Positions 48,643-57,415 of a stretch of 64,000 bases of DNA are shown here, piece after piece (the stretch's first letter is position 1; every line of letters begins with the position of its first letter). The stretch lies in the NCBI GenBank assembly GCA_964545365.1, contig CAZJFM010000003.1, positions 427-64,426 on the forward strand. Reading direction: 5' to 3'. A program made the translations under genes and the position numbers. The notes below the pieces were generated by a model. It saw only the letters and a program-made list of their open reading frames with translations, was not told the origin of the DNA and made no database searches. This stretch comes from an uncultured Candidatus Competibacteraceae bacterium. GTDB taxonomy: Bacteria; Bacteroidota; Bacteroidia; CAIKAF01.

Positions 48643-50547
48643 TTGGACATTCCCTTAGCCAACGGTAACGACGACCCTTTTAGTTTGATTTGGTGGTTTA
48701 TTCTGCCGGTCTTATTAATGCTTTCTGCCCTAATTTCCGGCTCCGAAGTGGCCTTCTTTAGTCTTTCTGCCAAAGGTTTAGACGACCTGGACCAAGAAAA
48801 ACCCGGTTTAGCCAAACGCGTTCGAAAACTTTTAGATCACCCCCGTAGGTTGCTGGCTACCATACTTATTGCCAATAACTTTATAAATATTGCCATTGTA
48901 ATTATTTCCGGACTGTTGACAGATTCCTTAGGCTTAGCTATTATTTGGCCTTATTGGGCGGTCTTTCTTTTCCAGGTAGTAGCGGTTACCTTTTTGATTT
49001 TGTTGTTTGGCGAAATCCTTCCTAAGGTGTTTGCCACCCAACGCCCCCTGGTGCTTATTCGAGCCATGACAGGGCCTTTAATTGTTACGGAACGGTTAAC
49101 CCGATGGCTAAGCACCATATTGCTTGCCTCCGGACGTATTTTTGACCGCAAATTGCAGCGGAGCCCTGCTGCACTTAGCCCCGACGAATTATCGGCAGTG
49201 ATTGATATGACCCACGACGAGTCGGTCTCTGAGGAAGAAAGAAAAATCTGGAAAGGCATTGTGGAGTTTGGCCAAATTTCGGTGAGTGAAACCATGAAAC
49301 CCCGGATTGACGTTGTGGCCTTAGATTCGGGCTTAGATTTTAAGCAGGTGTTGGAAACCATTCTCCAATCCGGTTATTCCCGGATTCCTGTATATACCGA
49401 CTCTTTTGATCAAATCAAGGGAGTGCTTTATATCAAAGACTTACTGCCACACTTAGATAAGCCGGCCTCTTTCCCTTGGGCTAATTTGGTAAGGAAGCCC
49501 TTTTTTGTTCCGGAAAATAAACCCATCGATGACCTGCTAAAAGAGTTTCAGGAAAAGAAAATGCACATGGCTATCGTGGTAGATGAATATGGCGGAAGCT
49601 CAGGAATCATTACCCTTGAAGATGTTATTGAAGAGATTGTAGGAGAAATTAATGATGAATTTGACGATGAGGAGGTTGTTTATTCGCGCCTTGATAACCT
49701 AAACTACGTTTTTGAGGGGAAAACCACCCTTGTTCAACTTTGTAGAATTTTGGATATCCCTTTCGATCATTTGGGGGAAGCAGGGCAAGAAGCCGACACC
49801 TTGGCAGGTTTATTGCTTCATTTGCATGGCAAAATGCCCCTAAGAGGGGAGCAAATGGAAATGTTGGGCATCAAGTTTACGGTAGAATCGGCAGATACAC
49901 GACGAATTAAACGGGTTAAAGTGCAGTTGAGCGCTCCCGATCGTTTGAAAGAGCACCGTTTTTCTATGCCTTTGCTATTGATTCTATTGGCTTTTTTGCC
50001 TTTCTCTTGCGGAGAAACCCCATCGGTACCTAAGCCCAGAGGCTATCCTTCCATTGAATTGCCTGCGCACGATACGGTCCCTTTTGTAGGGAATTGCCCC
50101 TTTAGTTTTTACCATTTTGAGGCAGCAAAAGTTCGTCCCTATACGGGCAACAGCGAAATGGCCAATCCCTGTTGGTTTAATATGGATTACCCCAGTTTTA
50201 ATGCGGTACTCTATTTAACCTATTTGCCTGTTAACTCTCAAGAGTCTTTGGGTGAGTTAATTGACGATGCCCACCAACAAGTGTTTAGCGGCCACTCTAT
50301 GATGGCCTCTGCAATTGGACAGCAAACCGTTTTGAGGCCTAAAGAAAAGGTATATGGTACCTTATTCGCATTGGAAGGAAAGGCCGCAACGCCTTTTCAA
50401 TTTTATGTGACCGATTCTAGCAAGCACTTTTTAAGAGGGAGTTTGTACTTTAATTTTTCCGCCAATTACGATAGCTTGGCTCCTGTGGTATCTTTTTTGC
50501 ATAGAGATATCCAAACAATGGTTAATTCGCTTCGTTGGGAGCCTTGA
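48643..50547 (+). CDS. gldE: GldE-like CNNM/CorC-HlyC transporter (DUF21 + CBS pair + CorC_HlyC) continuing in frame into a GldD-like lipoprotein (apparent gldE-gldD fusion)
   Basis: DUF21 TM region. Tandem CBS (ETMKPRIDVVALD..., KMHMAIVVDEYGGSSGIITLEDV). CorC_HlyC transporter-associated domain ending ~KRVKVQ at residue ~441. A further ~193 aa begins MPLLLILLAFLPFSCGE, a lipoprotein signal. There is no stop codon between the two parts. Confidence 0.8.
   Translation: MDIPLANGNDDPFSLIWWFILPVLLMLSALISGSEVAFFSLSAKGLDDLDQEKPGLAKRVRKLLDHPRRLLATILIANNFINIAIVIISGLLTDSLGLAIIWPYWAVFLFQVVAVTFLILLFGEILPKVFATQRPLVLIRAMTGPLIVTERLTRWLSTILLASGRIFDRKLQRSPAALSPDELSAVIDMTHDESVSEEERKIWKGIVEFGQISVSETMKPRIDVVALDSGLDFKQVLETILQSGYSRIPVYTDSFDQIKGVLYIKDLLPHLDKPASFPWANLVRKPFFVPENKPIDDLLKEFQEKKMHMAIVVDEYGGSSGIITLEDVIEEIVGEINDEFDDEEVVYSRLDNLNYVFEGKTTLVQLCRILDIPFDHLGEAGQEADTLAGLLLHLHGKMPLRGEQMEMLGIKFTVESADTRRIKRVKVQLSAPDRLKEHRFSMPLLLILLAFLPFSCGETPSVPKPRGYPSIELPAHDTVPFVGNCPFSFYHFEAAKVRPYTGNSEMANPCWFNMDYPSFNAVLYLTYLPVNSQESLGELIDDAHQQVFSGHSMMASAIGQQTVLRPKEKVYGTLFALEGKAATPFQFYVTDSSKHFLRGSLYFNFSANYDSLAPVVSFLHRDIQTMVNSLRWEP
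49966..50547 (+). CDS. gldD: GldD-like lipoprotein moiety (possible independent start at internal in-frame ATG)
   Basis: In-frame ATG at 49966 opens a typical lipoprotein signal (MPLLLILLAFLPFSCG). Its ~193-aa length and its position immediately after gldE and ssb match the ssb-gldE-gldD arrangement described in Flavobacterium. The identity call rests on synteny and size, not a motif. Confidence 0.45.
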   Translation: MPLLLILLAFLPFSCGETPSVPKPRGYPSIELPAHDTVPFVGNCPFSFYHFEAAKVRPYTGNSEMANPCWFNMDYPSFNAVLYLTYLPVNSQESLGELIDDAHQQVFSGHSMMASAIGQQTVLRPKEKVYGTLFALEGKAATPFQFYVTDSSKHFLRGSLYFNFSANYDSLAPVVSFLHRDIQTMVNSLRWEP

Positions 50548-50577
50548 CCGTGTATCTTTGTTCACTAAATTCATGAT

Positions 50578-51261
50578 ATGAAACGTTTTCTTATTTCTTT
50601 TGGCTTTATGGTTTGGGCAGCATTAGGTATGCAAGCCCAAAACGAATTTGAAGGCCTTATTCACTATGCCATTTCTTACAGTCAAGATATTCCCGGTGCG
50701 GAGGGTATGTTGCCTAGTGCCACTGAAAATATTGTTTCTAAACAAAGGGCATTGACTCGTATGATTGGTGGCATGCAAGCGGCTATGATTGGAGATATCC
50801 TATACGACAAAGGCACCGACAGCATTTATATCATCAATCACGGATCTAAAAAAGTCAATACTGTTGCTGCTTCGGAGATGGAAGATGACAGTGCTGCGCC
50901 CAAAAATAAAGTGACCAAGGGCAAAGAAAAGGCCACCATTATGGGCTACAAATGCCGTGCTTATGAAGTAGAAATTAAGGAAGGAGATCAAGTGATGAGA
51001 GCAACCTATTGGGTAACTGAAGATTTTAAGCCGGCAACCCAAGGCAAGTCCGGCGCTACAAACATTTCAGGACTTGATTTGCCCGGTTTCCCCATGAAAG
51101 TTGAAACCGAATTGCCCATACCCGGCATGGACGGTTTGCTTATGATTATGACCGTTACCAAGCTTCAGCCACTCGCCGAATTAGAAAAGAATGTACTAAG
51201 CATTCCTGCCTCTTACAAGCGTGAATCTGGCATGCCTTCTCTTATGCGTATGGGGGAATAG
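50578..51261 (+). CDS. secreted hypothetical protein
   Basis: Signal peptide MKRFLISFGFMVWAALGMQAQ. 227 aa. Followed by a terminator. Confidence 0.5.
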   Translation: MKRFLISFGFMVWAALGMQAQNEFEGLIHYAISYSQDIPGAEGMLPSATENIVSKQRALTRMIGGMQAAMIGDILYDKGTDSIYIINHGSKKVNTVAASEMEDDSAAPKNKVTKGKEKATIMGYKCRAYEVEIKEGDQVMRATYWVTEDFKPATQGKSGATNISGLDLPGFPMKVETELPIPGMDGLLMIMTVTKLQPLAELEKNVLSIPASYKRESGMPSLMRMGE

Positions 51262-51284
51262 GCTTCGCTATTTAAAATTAAAGG

Positions 51285-51318
51285 AACTCCGTTTCATTTT
51301 GGAACGGAGTTTTTTTTG
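51285..51318 (+). terminator. rho-independent terminator
   Basis: AACTCCGTT-TCATTTTGG-AACGGAGTT (a 9-bp stem) followed by T8. Confidence 0.7.
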
Positions 51319-51475
51319 GCCCAGGGACCGGTACGGAAAGCCCCCGGCAGCCAAATCCCATGCATGCAGGCTGGTGGGCGTGGCGCGCAGCAAACGCCCC
51401 ACAAGCCTATGCATGCATGAGGTTTTGGCAACGGGGCTTGGAGGGAGGGCCCGGTGCTTTGCAGGGCCCCATCCA
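51318..51475. repeat. ~150-bp palindromic intergenic element, copy 2 (inverted relative to 41745-41900)
   Basis: The reverse complement matches 41741-41895 with about 6 mismatches. Spurious ORFs 51221..51556 and 51294..51479 translate to the same peptide as ORFs in copy 1. Confidence 0.9.
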
Positions 51476-52840
51476 TCAATTTCCTTGCATGCGTATTCGC
51501 AGCGCTTCGGGGTAGTGATTGTTGAATCTGTTGCCCGCTTTTTTGAGCCAGCCTAAGGGCAGGTTTTGGTAGGTGGCCGGAATCCAGCTTTCGTTTACCT
51601 GACGGTAGGCCGGGGTTTCGCCGCGGAGGTAGCGAAGGGCTTCTTCTTTTTCTAATGCAAGCCCCGGTATTTCTTTCGCATGCAGGCTCAACGCCAAGCC
51701 ATGGTGAGGCAACCAGCGGCCATTTTTGTTGTAGGCGAGGGGGCTACCAATGGACCGTAGGTTGGGGATTTTTTGCCAAAAATGGGGTAGGGGCTGGGTG
51801 CTTCCAAAGCAGGTGTTTTGGTGCAGGATGCCTTGGCTAAAAGCGCTGGGAATATCAACAGGAGCATCAATTTGCTCAAAAACAGGAGGGGGCGAATGGC
51901 TATCTATAGCTTTCAGCTGCCCCGGTTTTTTCCAAACCATGAAAAAGAGCCCTTCCACCGGCATTTGGTCCGGATAGGCGTAGCATCCATTCGGTGCAAC
52001 GTAGGTTAATCCCCAATCTTCCGGAAAATCAAGATTGACTGGTTCAAGTCCTTGCTGCAAAAGCTCTTGGGCATGCCCTTGGTTTTCTTCCGGTGCAAAA
52101 GTACAGGTAGAGTAGATGAGGTATCCGCCGGGGGCCAAAAGCCGTACGGCTTCTTCTAAAATGCCTTGTTGGGTTTGGGCGCAATGTTGAACAAGCTCGG
52201 GGTTCCATTGCTTGCGTGCATGCGGTTCTTTGCGAAACATGCCTTCGCCACTGCATGGGGCGTCTAATAAAATGCCATGAAACACCGGACCAAGAGCATC
52301 GGCAAGTTGTTTGGGCCAAGCCCTACACAGCATTTGATTGGCATAGCCCCAGCGTGCCATGGTATCTTGCAAAATGGGGAAACGTTTACCGTCGGGTTCG
52401 TTGGCCAAAAGCCAGCCGTGGTGGTTGAGTTGTTCCAGAAGCAAGGTGCTTTTGCCGCCGGGTGCTGCTGCAAGGTCAAGCCAAAGCAACAAGGGCGGTA
52501 GTCTATCCAAAATGGCTTTTAACATCATAGAAGCCGACTCCTGCACGTAGTATGCGCCGGCATGAAAGGCCGGGTCTAAAGTAAAGCTGGGCCTTTGTTG
52601 CAGGAAATGGGCATTTGGATGCCAAGGCACCTTTTGGGTGTTGGAAAAGGGTTGAGGAAAGGAGCGTTGAGGGTGAAGTCGTATGCTGGTTAAAGGGGGG
52701 GCGTTTAGCGCCTCCAATCGTTGCTTTGCGGCGGTTTCTCCCCAGCGTTGACCGGCAGTTTTGGCATAGTTTTTGGGAAATTCAAAGGGGCTGCTCATGG
52801 CGTTGGCGTGCGCATTCGTAAAGGGCAATACCCGTGGCAA
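51476..52840 (-). CDS. NOL1/NOP2/Sun family RNA (cytosine-C5) methyltransferase with C-terminal extension (RsmF-like)
   Basis: SAM-binding DLAAAPGGKST, catalytic DAPCSGEGMFRKEP, and YSTCTFAPEEN. 454 aa. An alternative start Met lies at 52798. Confidence 0.75.
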   Translation of the reverse strand: MPRVLPFTNAHANAMSSPFEFPKNYAKTAGQRWGETAAKQRLEALNAPPLTSIRLHPQRSFPQPFSNTQKVPWHPNAHFLQQRPSFTLDPAFHAGAYYVQESASMMLKAILDRLPPLLLWLDLAAAPGGKSTLLLEQLNHHGWLLANEPDGKRFPILQDTMARWGYANQMLCRAWPKQLADALGPVFHGILLDAPCSGEGMFRKEPHARKQWNPELVQHCAQTQQGILEEAVRLLAPGGYLIYSTCTFAPEENQGHAQELLQQGLEPVNLDFPEDWGLTYVAPNGCYAYPDQMPVEGLFFMVWKKPGQLKAIDSHSPPPVFEQIDAPVDIPSAFSQGILHQNTCFGSTQPLPHFWQKIPNLRSIGSPLAYNKNGRWLPHHGLALSLHAKEIPGLALEKEEALRYLRGETPAYRQVNESWIPATYQNLPLGWLKKAGNRFNNHYPEALRIRMQGN

Positions 52841-53528
52841 CGGAAACGTTGAGCGAGCCTACGGGACCTTGCACCTGAGGTATGGCTGCTTTATGGTCAC
52901 ACAAGTCCAAATACGCAGGGGAGATGCCATCTTCTTCGGAGCCCATAAGCAATAGGGTAGGTCCGGTTAGTGGACATTGCTGCAATGGAGTCTCCGCTTT
53001 TTCGGTGAGGGCAACCAGTTGCAATCCGCTGCTTTGGAGTTCGAGCAGGCTGTCTTTTAGGTTCCAGGCACGGCAAACAGGCAAATGCAGCAAGGCTCCG
53101 GCAGAGGATTTTATGGCGCCCTCCTGAATGGGTGCGGTACCTCTGGAGGGCACCAATAGTCCGTGTGCCCCAAAGCATAATGCGCTTCTGGAAAGTGCTC
53201 CTAAATTACGGACATCGGTTACCCGATCCAAGGCTACCAGCAAAGGTTGCTCCCCCCGTTCATAGGCCTGTGTAACCAACTCTAAAGGATCTTGGTATTG
53301 GATAATGGATTTCCATGCCACCACCCCTTGATGTCGGGCATGAACCGTTCTGTTGAGTTTTTCAACGGGCACTTCTTGCCAGGGAATAGAGGCAGCCGCG
53401 CAATAATCAATAATTTGTGCACGGGCTTGGCCTACGCCCCCCTTTTTTAGAAGGACTTTGTCCAGAGCTACTCCGGTTTCCAAGGCCTCCAATACCGGGT
53501 GAATGCCGCAAATGAGCTGCTTATCCAT
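52782..53528 (-). CDS. rlmB: SpoU/TrmH-family rRNA 2'-O-methyltransferase (RlmB-like)
   Basis: Substrate-binding N-terminal domain (ICGIHPVLEAL) and SPOUT motifs (LLMGSEEDGISP, GSLNVSVATGIALYE). Confidence 0.85.
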   Translation of the reverse strand: MDKQLICGIHPVLEALETGVALDKVLLKKGGVGQARAQIIDYCAAASIPWQEVPVEKLNRTVHARHQGVVAWKSIIQYQDPLELVTQAYERGEQPLLVALDRVTDVRNLGALSRSALCFGAHGLLVPSRGTAPIQEGAIKSSAGALLHLPVCRAWNLKDSLLELQSSGLQLVALTEKAETPLQQCPLTGPTLLLMGSEEDGISPAYLDLCDHKAAIPQVQGPVGSLNVSVATGIALYECARQRHEQPL

Positions 53529-53530
53529 AC

Positions 53531-54766
53531 TTATGCGGCTGAACCGAAGCTGCTTTTGGCCAGCTGCTCCTTGGCAAAATCAAGGCTTACCACAAACTCT
53601 TTTTCTTTGGAATCGGGAGCATGGTACATCACATCTTTCATAATGGCCTCGCACAAGGACCTCAGGCCTCTAGCCCCCAATTTGTATTCCATGGCCTTGT
53701 CTACAATCAAATCCAACACTTCGGGTTCAATAGTAAGCTCTTTCTCATCGATACTAAGCAGCCGTTGGTATTGTTTGATTAAGGCGTTTTTGGGTTCGGT
53801 AAGGATGCGCCTTAAGGCTTCTGCATGGAGTGGATTTAGGTGGGTTACCACCGGAATACGACCCACCAACTCCGGGATAAGACCAAAAGATTTTACGTCT
53901 TGAGGAGTTACAAACTGCAGTAAATTATGGGTTTGCGGATTCGCTCTTTCTTCTGAACTAAAGCCAATAGATTGCCTTGAAAGTCTGGAAGCGATGCGGT
54001 GTTCAATGCCTTCAAAGGCCCCCCCACAGATAAACAAAATGTTTTTGGTATCTACCTGAATGAGTTTTTGCTCGGGATGCTTTCTGCCGCCTTGGGGCGG
54101 AACCCCAATAACACTTCCTTCCAAAAGTTTAAGTAAGCCTTGTTGCACGCCTTCTCCTGACACATCGCGGGTTAAGGAGGGGTTGTCTCCTTTTCGGGCA
54201 ATTTTGTCGATTTCGTCGATGAAAACAATGCCCCTTTCGGCCTTTTCTACTTGGTAATCTGCCGCTTGAAGCAAGCGGGTAAGTACACTTTCCACGTCTT
54301 CGCCCACGTAGCCTGCTTCGGTGAGCACGGTGGCATCGGCAATGCAAAAGGGGACATCAAGCATACGGGCAATGGTGCGGGCAATTAAGGTTTTTCCGGT
54401 TCCGGTTTCGCCCACGAGCATTACGTTGCTTTTTTCAAGTTCTACCTCATCGGCGTCTTTAGAAGCAGAAGGGCTCATCACTCGTTTGTAGTGGTTGTAC
54501 ACGGCCACGGCCAAGGTGGTTTTGGCTTCGTCTTGCCCAATAATATAGTCGTCTAAGTAAGACTTAATGGCCGAAGGTTTGAGCCAGGTGAGGTCGGTTT
54601 CCAGGCTTTCTTTTTGGAACCGTTCTTTTTCTTCCCGGAGAATAGCCAGGCCTTGCTCCAAGCAATCGTTGCAGATGTTGGCTTCCCTTCCGGTGATAAG
54701 CATCTCTACGGCCGAACGCGGCCTTAGACAAAAGGAGCAGTAATCTTCGCGTTGTTGTTTAGCCAT
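53531..54766 (-). CDS. clpX: ATP-dependent Clp protease ATP-binding subunit ClpX
   Basis: N-terminal C4 zinc ribbon (CSFC...CNDC). Walker [11 protein letters not shown]. Sensor motifs. 411 aa. Downstream of clpP. Confidence 0.95.
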   Translation of the reverse strand: MAKQQREDYCSFCLRPRSAVEMLITGREANICNDCLEQGLAILREEKERFQKESLETDLTWLKPSAIKSYLDDYIIGQDEAKTTLAVAVYNHYKRVMSPSASKDADEVELEKSNVMLVGETGTGKTLIARTIARMLDVPFCIADATVLTEAGYVGEDVESVLTRLLQAADYQVEKAERGIVFIDEIDKIARKGDNPSLTRDVSGEGVQQGLLKLLEGSVIGVPPQGGRKHPEQKLIQVDTKNILFICGGAFEGIEHRIASRLSRQSIGFSSEERANPQTHNLLQFVTPQDVKSFGLIPELVGRIPVVTHLNPLHAEALRRILTEPKNALIKQYQRLLSIDEKELTIEPEVLDLIVDKAMEYKLGARGLRSLCEAIMKDVMYHAPDSKEKEFVVSLDFAKEQLAKSSFGSAA

Positions 54767-54779
54767 AAGGCAGCATCAT

Positions 54780-55457
54780 TTAGTCTTTTTTGGTGCGTAC
54801 AAGCACTTCGTCAATCATGCCGTACTCTTTGGCTTCCTGAGCAATCATCCAGTAGTCTCTGTCGGAATCCTTCTCTACCTTTTCAAAAGGATTGCCGCTG
54901 TGATCTGCAATGATTTGGTAAAGTTCCTTTTTGAGTTTTTGAATCTCTCTGTGGGTGATTTCAATGTCAGAAGCTTGTCCTTGAGCTCCACCCATAGGTT
55001 GGTGAATCATAACTCTGGAGTGGCGCAAGCCGGTGCGTTTCCCTGCGGTTCCAGCGCATAGCAAAACGGCGCCCATAGAAGCGGCCATTCCTACGCAAAT
55101 GGTAGCCACGTCCGGGCCAATCCATTGCATGGTGTCGTAAATTCCCAATCCTGCATACACAGAACCTCCGGGGGAGTTGATGTAAATTTGGATGTCTCTT
55201 TTGCTGTCTGCACTTTCTAAGAAAAGCAATTGCGCTTGAATGATATTGGCAATATAATCGTCGATGGGAGTGCCTAAGAAAATGATGCGGTCCATCATAA
55301 GCCGAGAAAACACATCGACCTCTCTAAAATTGACCGGGCGTTCTTCGATTACGGTACGGGTCATGCCTTGAACGGAAGACATATAGTTTTCTAGGTGCAT
55401 GCTAGAGATGCCCCGGTGCTTAACGGCATATTTTTTGAATTCGTCGTGCGGAATCAT
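54780..55457 (-). CDS. clpP: ATP-dependent Clp protease proteolytic subunit
   Basis: Catalytic Ser region [11 protein letters not shown]. His/Asp region. 225 aa. Confidence 0.95.
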   Translation of the reverse strand: MIPHDEFKKYAVKHRGISSMHLENYMSSVQGMTRTVIEERPVNFREVDVFSRLMMDRIIFLGTPIDDYIANIIQAQLLFLESADSKRDIQIYINSPGGSVYAGLGIYDTMQWIGPDVATICVGMAASMGAVLLCAGTAGKRTGLRHSRVMIHQPMGGAQGQASDIEITHREIQKLKKELYQIIADHSGNPFEKVEKDSDRDYWMIAQEAKEYGMIDEVLVRTKKD

Positions 55458-55534
55458 AGCTTAAATTTTGAAACAAGGTATCAAAAATAACCCCAACCTC
55501 GGCGAAAGGTTGGGGTCTTAGACTTTAAAAATAC

Positions 55535-56914
55535 TTAAGCCTGCGGTGGCTCAGCTTGTTGGATTTGCTTTTCGGCCTCTTCCCATGGCACACTTTCTTC
55601 GGAAATGCTCATTTGATTTTTGAGGTGTTCAAGCACTTTAAACTCAACCATGTTGCTGTAAATGCGCTCCATTTCCTCACGATCGGTTTTGAAACGGGCT
55701 ACTACAGCTTGCATTTGTTCTTCGGGCAGTGGGTAGCCCATATCGCGGAGCCTTCTGCGTACCGTAGTTTCGGCTTCTTGGTTCAGTTCTTCCTGACTTA
55801 CCTCAATATGGTTGTCTTTTTCGACCTTGGCTCGAATCACCTGCCAGCGGATGTAGCGTTCGTCGTTTTGGAACATATCTTCGGCCAGACTTAGGAAATC
55901 CTGTTCTTTATTTTCGTTGCGGTTTTGCTCTTTAAGAGCCAACCAGCGTTTCAAAAAGGCCTCCGGAAGGGGAACGGGATTGTTGTCAATAATGGCCTCT
56001 CTCAGCTCGCCCAGCAGTTTTCCGTCCAGTCTAGGTTGGATGGAAGATTTTAGGTAATCGTTAAGACGTTGTCTGGCTTCTTCTTCGTTGGTTACTTCTC
56101 CTTCTCCAAAAACTTTATCATAAAACTCTTGGGTGAGTTCTGCATCGGTCATGCGGGTAATATGCACCACCTTAAAAAGTACTTCGTCGGGAAGGTTTTC
56201 TAGCGCCTCCTCGTCCGTAGCCAAATAAATGGATGCTGCTTTTTTATCTTCGAAAAGGGTGTGTGGGTTAAAGGTAAACTCATCGTCCCTGTTTAAGCCC
56301 ACAAAAAGCGCTTTGTCTTCCTCCTTTTGAATCCGATCGGTAGGGATAAACAAGCCTTTTACCGTTTTAAAGGTTTCAGGGTCGTCCAGGTTTTCGTGAT
56401 AATACATTTCACCAGAAACCATGTCCCCTTGTTGAGACGCTTCGGGGCTCTCGGTTTTGCCGTATTGCTTGCGCAAATTTTTGAGCTCTTCGTCAATTTG
56501 GGTTTCAGCAACTTCTACCACCAAACGCTTTAAATCGTGCTTTTTAGGTACTTCTACCGAAGTTTCGGGCATTAAGCCAATGGAGTAGGCAAAGGAAAAT
56601 TGCGATTCCTTGGCAAAATCCATGGCATCTTGGGTTTCCGGAATGGGTTCACCCAAATAATCGATTTTATTTTCTCTAAGGAATTCAAAGAGTTTTTCGG
56701 TTACCAATTTTCCGACTTCGTCTGCCCTGACAGAAGTAGCATACATTTTATTCACCAATCCGGGAGGCACTTTTCCCGGTCTGAAACCCGGCATGTTCAC
56801 CCGTTTGCGAAGGTCTTTAAGGGCTTGATTTACTTGAGGACTGTAGTCTTCGGGAACCACATCAATAGAGACCTTCAATACGAGGTCTTCTTGCTTTTCC
56901 TGTGAAATGTTCAT
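55535..56914 (-). CDS. tig: trigger factor
   Basis: N-terminal ribosome-binding domain with GFRPGKVP. 459 aa from ATG 56914. The ORF's upstream extension to 56974 would overlap the tRNA gene. Confidence 0.9.
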   Translation of the reverse strand: MNISQEKQEDLVLKVSIDVVPEDYSPQVNQALKDLRKRVNMPGFRPGKVPPGLVNKMYATSVRADEVGKLVTEKLFEFLRENKIDYLGEPIPETQDAMDFAKESQFSFAYSIGLMPETSVEVPKKHDLKRLVVEVAETQIDEELKNLRKQYGKTESPEASQQGDMVSGEMYYHENLDDPETFKTVKGLFIPTDRIQKEEDKALFVGLNRDDEFTFNPHTLFEDKKAASIYLATDEEALENLPDEVLFKVVHITRMTDAELTQEFYDKVFGEGEVTNEEEARQRLNDYLKSSIQPRLDGKLLGELREAIIDNNPVPLPEAFLKRWLALKEQNRNENKEQDFLSLAEDMFQNDERYIRWQVIRAKVEKDNHIEVSQEELNQEAETTVRRRLRDMGYPLPEEQMQAVVARFKTDREEMERIYSNMVEFKVLEHLKNQMSISEESVPWEEAEKQIQQAEPPQA

Positions 56915-56935
56915 GAAGTATGCTAAAAGAAGTAG

Positions 56936-57017
56936 TGCGGATGGAGGGACTCGAACCCCCACGCCTTTCGGCACCAGATCCTAAGTCTGGCGCGGCTACC
57001 AATTACGCCACATCCGC
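56936..57017 (-). tRNA. tRNA-Leu (anticodon TAG), long variable arm, no encoded CCA
   Basis: Reverse complement: GCGGATGTGGCGTAATTGGTAGCCGCGCCAGACTTAGGATCTGGTGCCGAAAGGCGTGGGGGTTCGAGTCCCTCCATCCGCA. A 7-bp acceptor stem, D-arm, anticodon loop CTTAGGA, a long extra arm, and a TΨC arm GGGGGTTCGAGTCCCTC. Confidence 0.9.
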
Positions 57018-57067
57018 GTGCTAAATTGAGGGGGCAAAGATAAATGCTGTTCGTGGAATTGCCAAAA

Positions 57068-57415
57068 CTATTTGTGCTCCCCCTGCTGTAATTTTTTCCA
57101 ACTGTACCATCCTTTTCGAAACCAAAGCAGCAACAATAGGCCCAACAATAGGAAAATGAGCCAACCCAAAGGATGGTAATCCAGGCTTTCTTGCCACTCC
57201 CCATGCATTAAATGCTGTATGCTTCTGGTTAGTCCGCAGCCCCAGCATTCCATATCAAACAAACGCACCGAAATACACACCGGTTCGCCCTGGTCAAAAT
57301 AGTTGGCCGGAAGACTCCATGTATATAGGACTACGCCAAGGGCAACAAAAGGCCTTATAACTAAGAAAAGGGCTTTGAGGCTTTGTTTGTCAAAGCTTTT
57401 CTTCATAGTCCTCAT
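57068..57415 (-). CDS. DUF2752-like small membrane protein
   Basis: Two TM helices flanking a CWGCGLTR motif, which matches the CPxCGxTR signature of DUF2752. Overlaps the upstream TM2 gene by 26 nt. Confidence 0.55.
   Translation of the reverse strand: MRTMKKSFDKQSLKALFLVIRPFVALGVVLYTWSLPANYFDQGEPVCISVRLFDMECWGCGLTRSIQHLMHGEWQESLDYHPLGWLIFLLLGLLLLLWFRKGWYSWKKLQQGEHK

Noticed and set aside
56915-56974. Upstream extension of the tig ORF (MPKGVGVRVPPSALLLLAYF)
   Set aside because: It would overlap the tRNA-Leu gene. The trigger-factor N-terminus begins at MNISQEK (56914).
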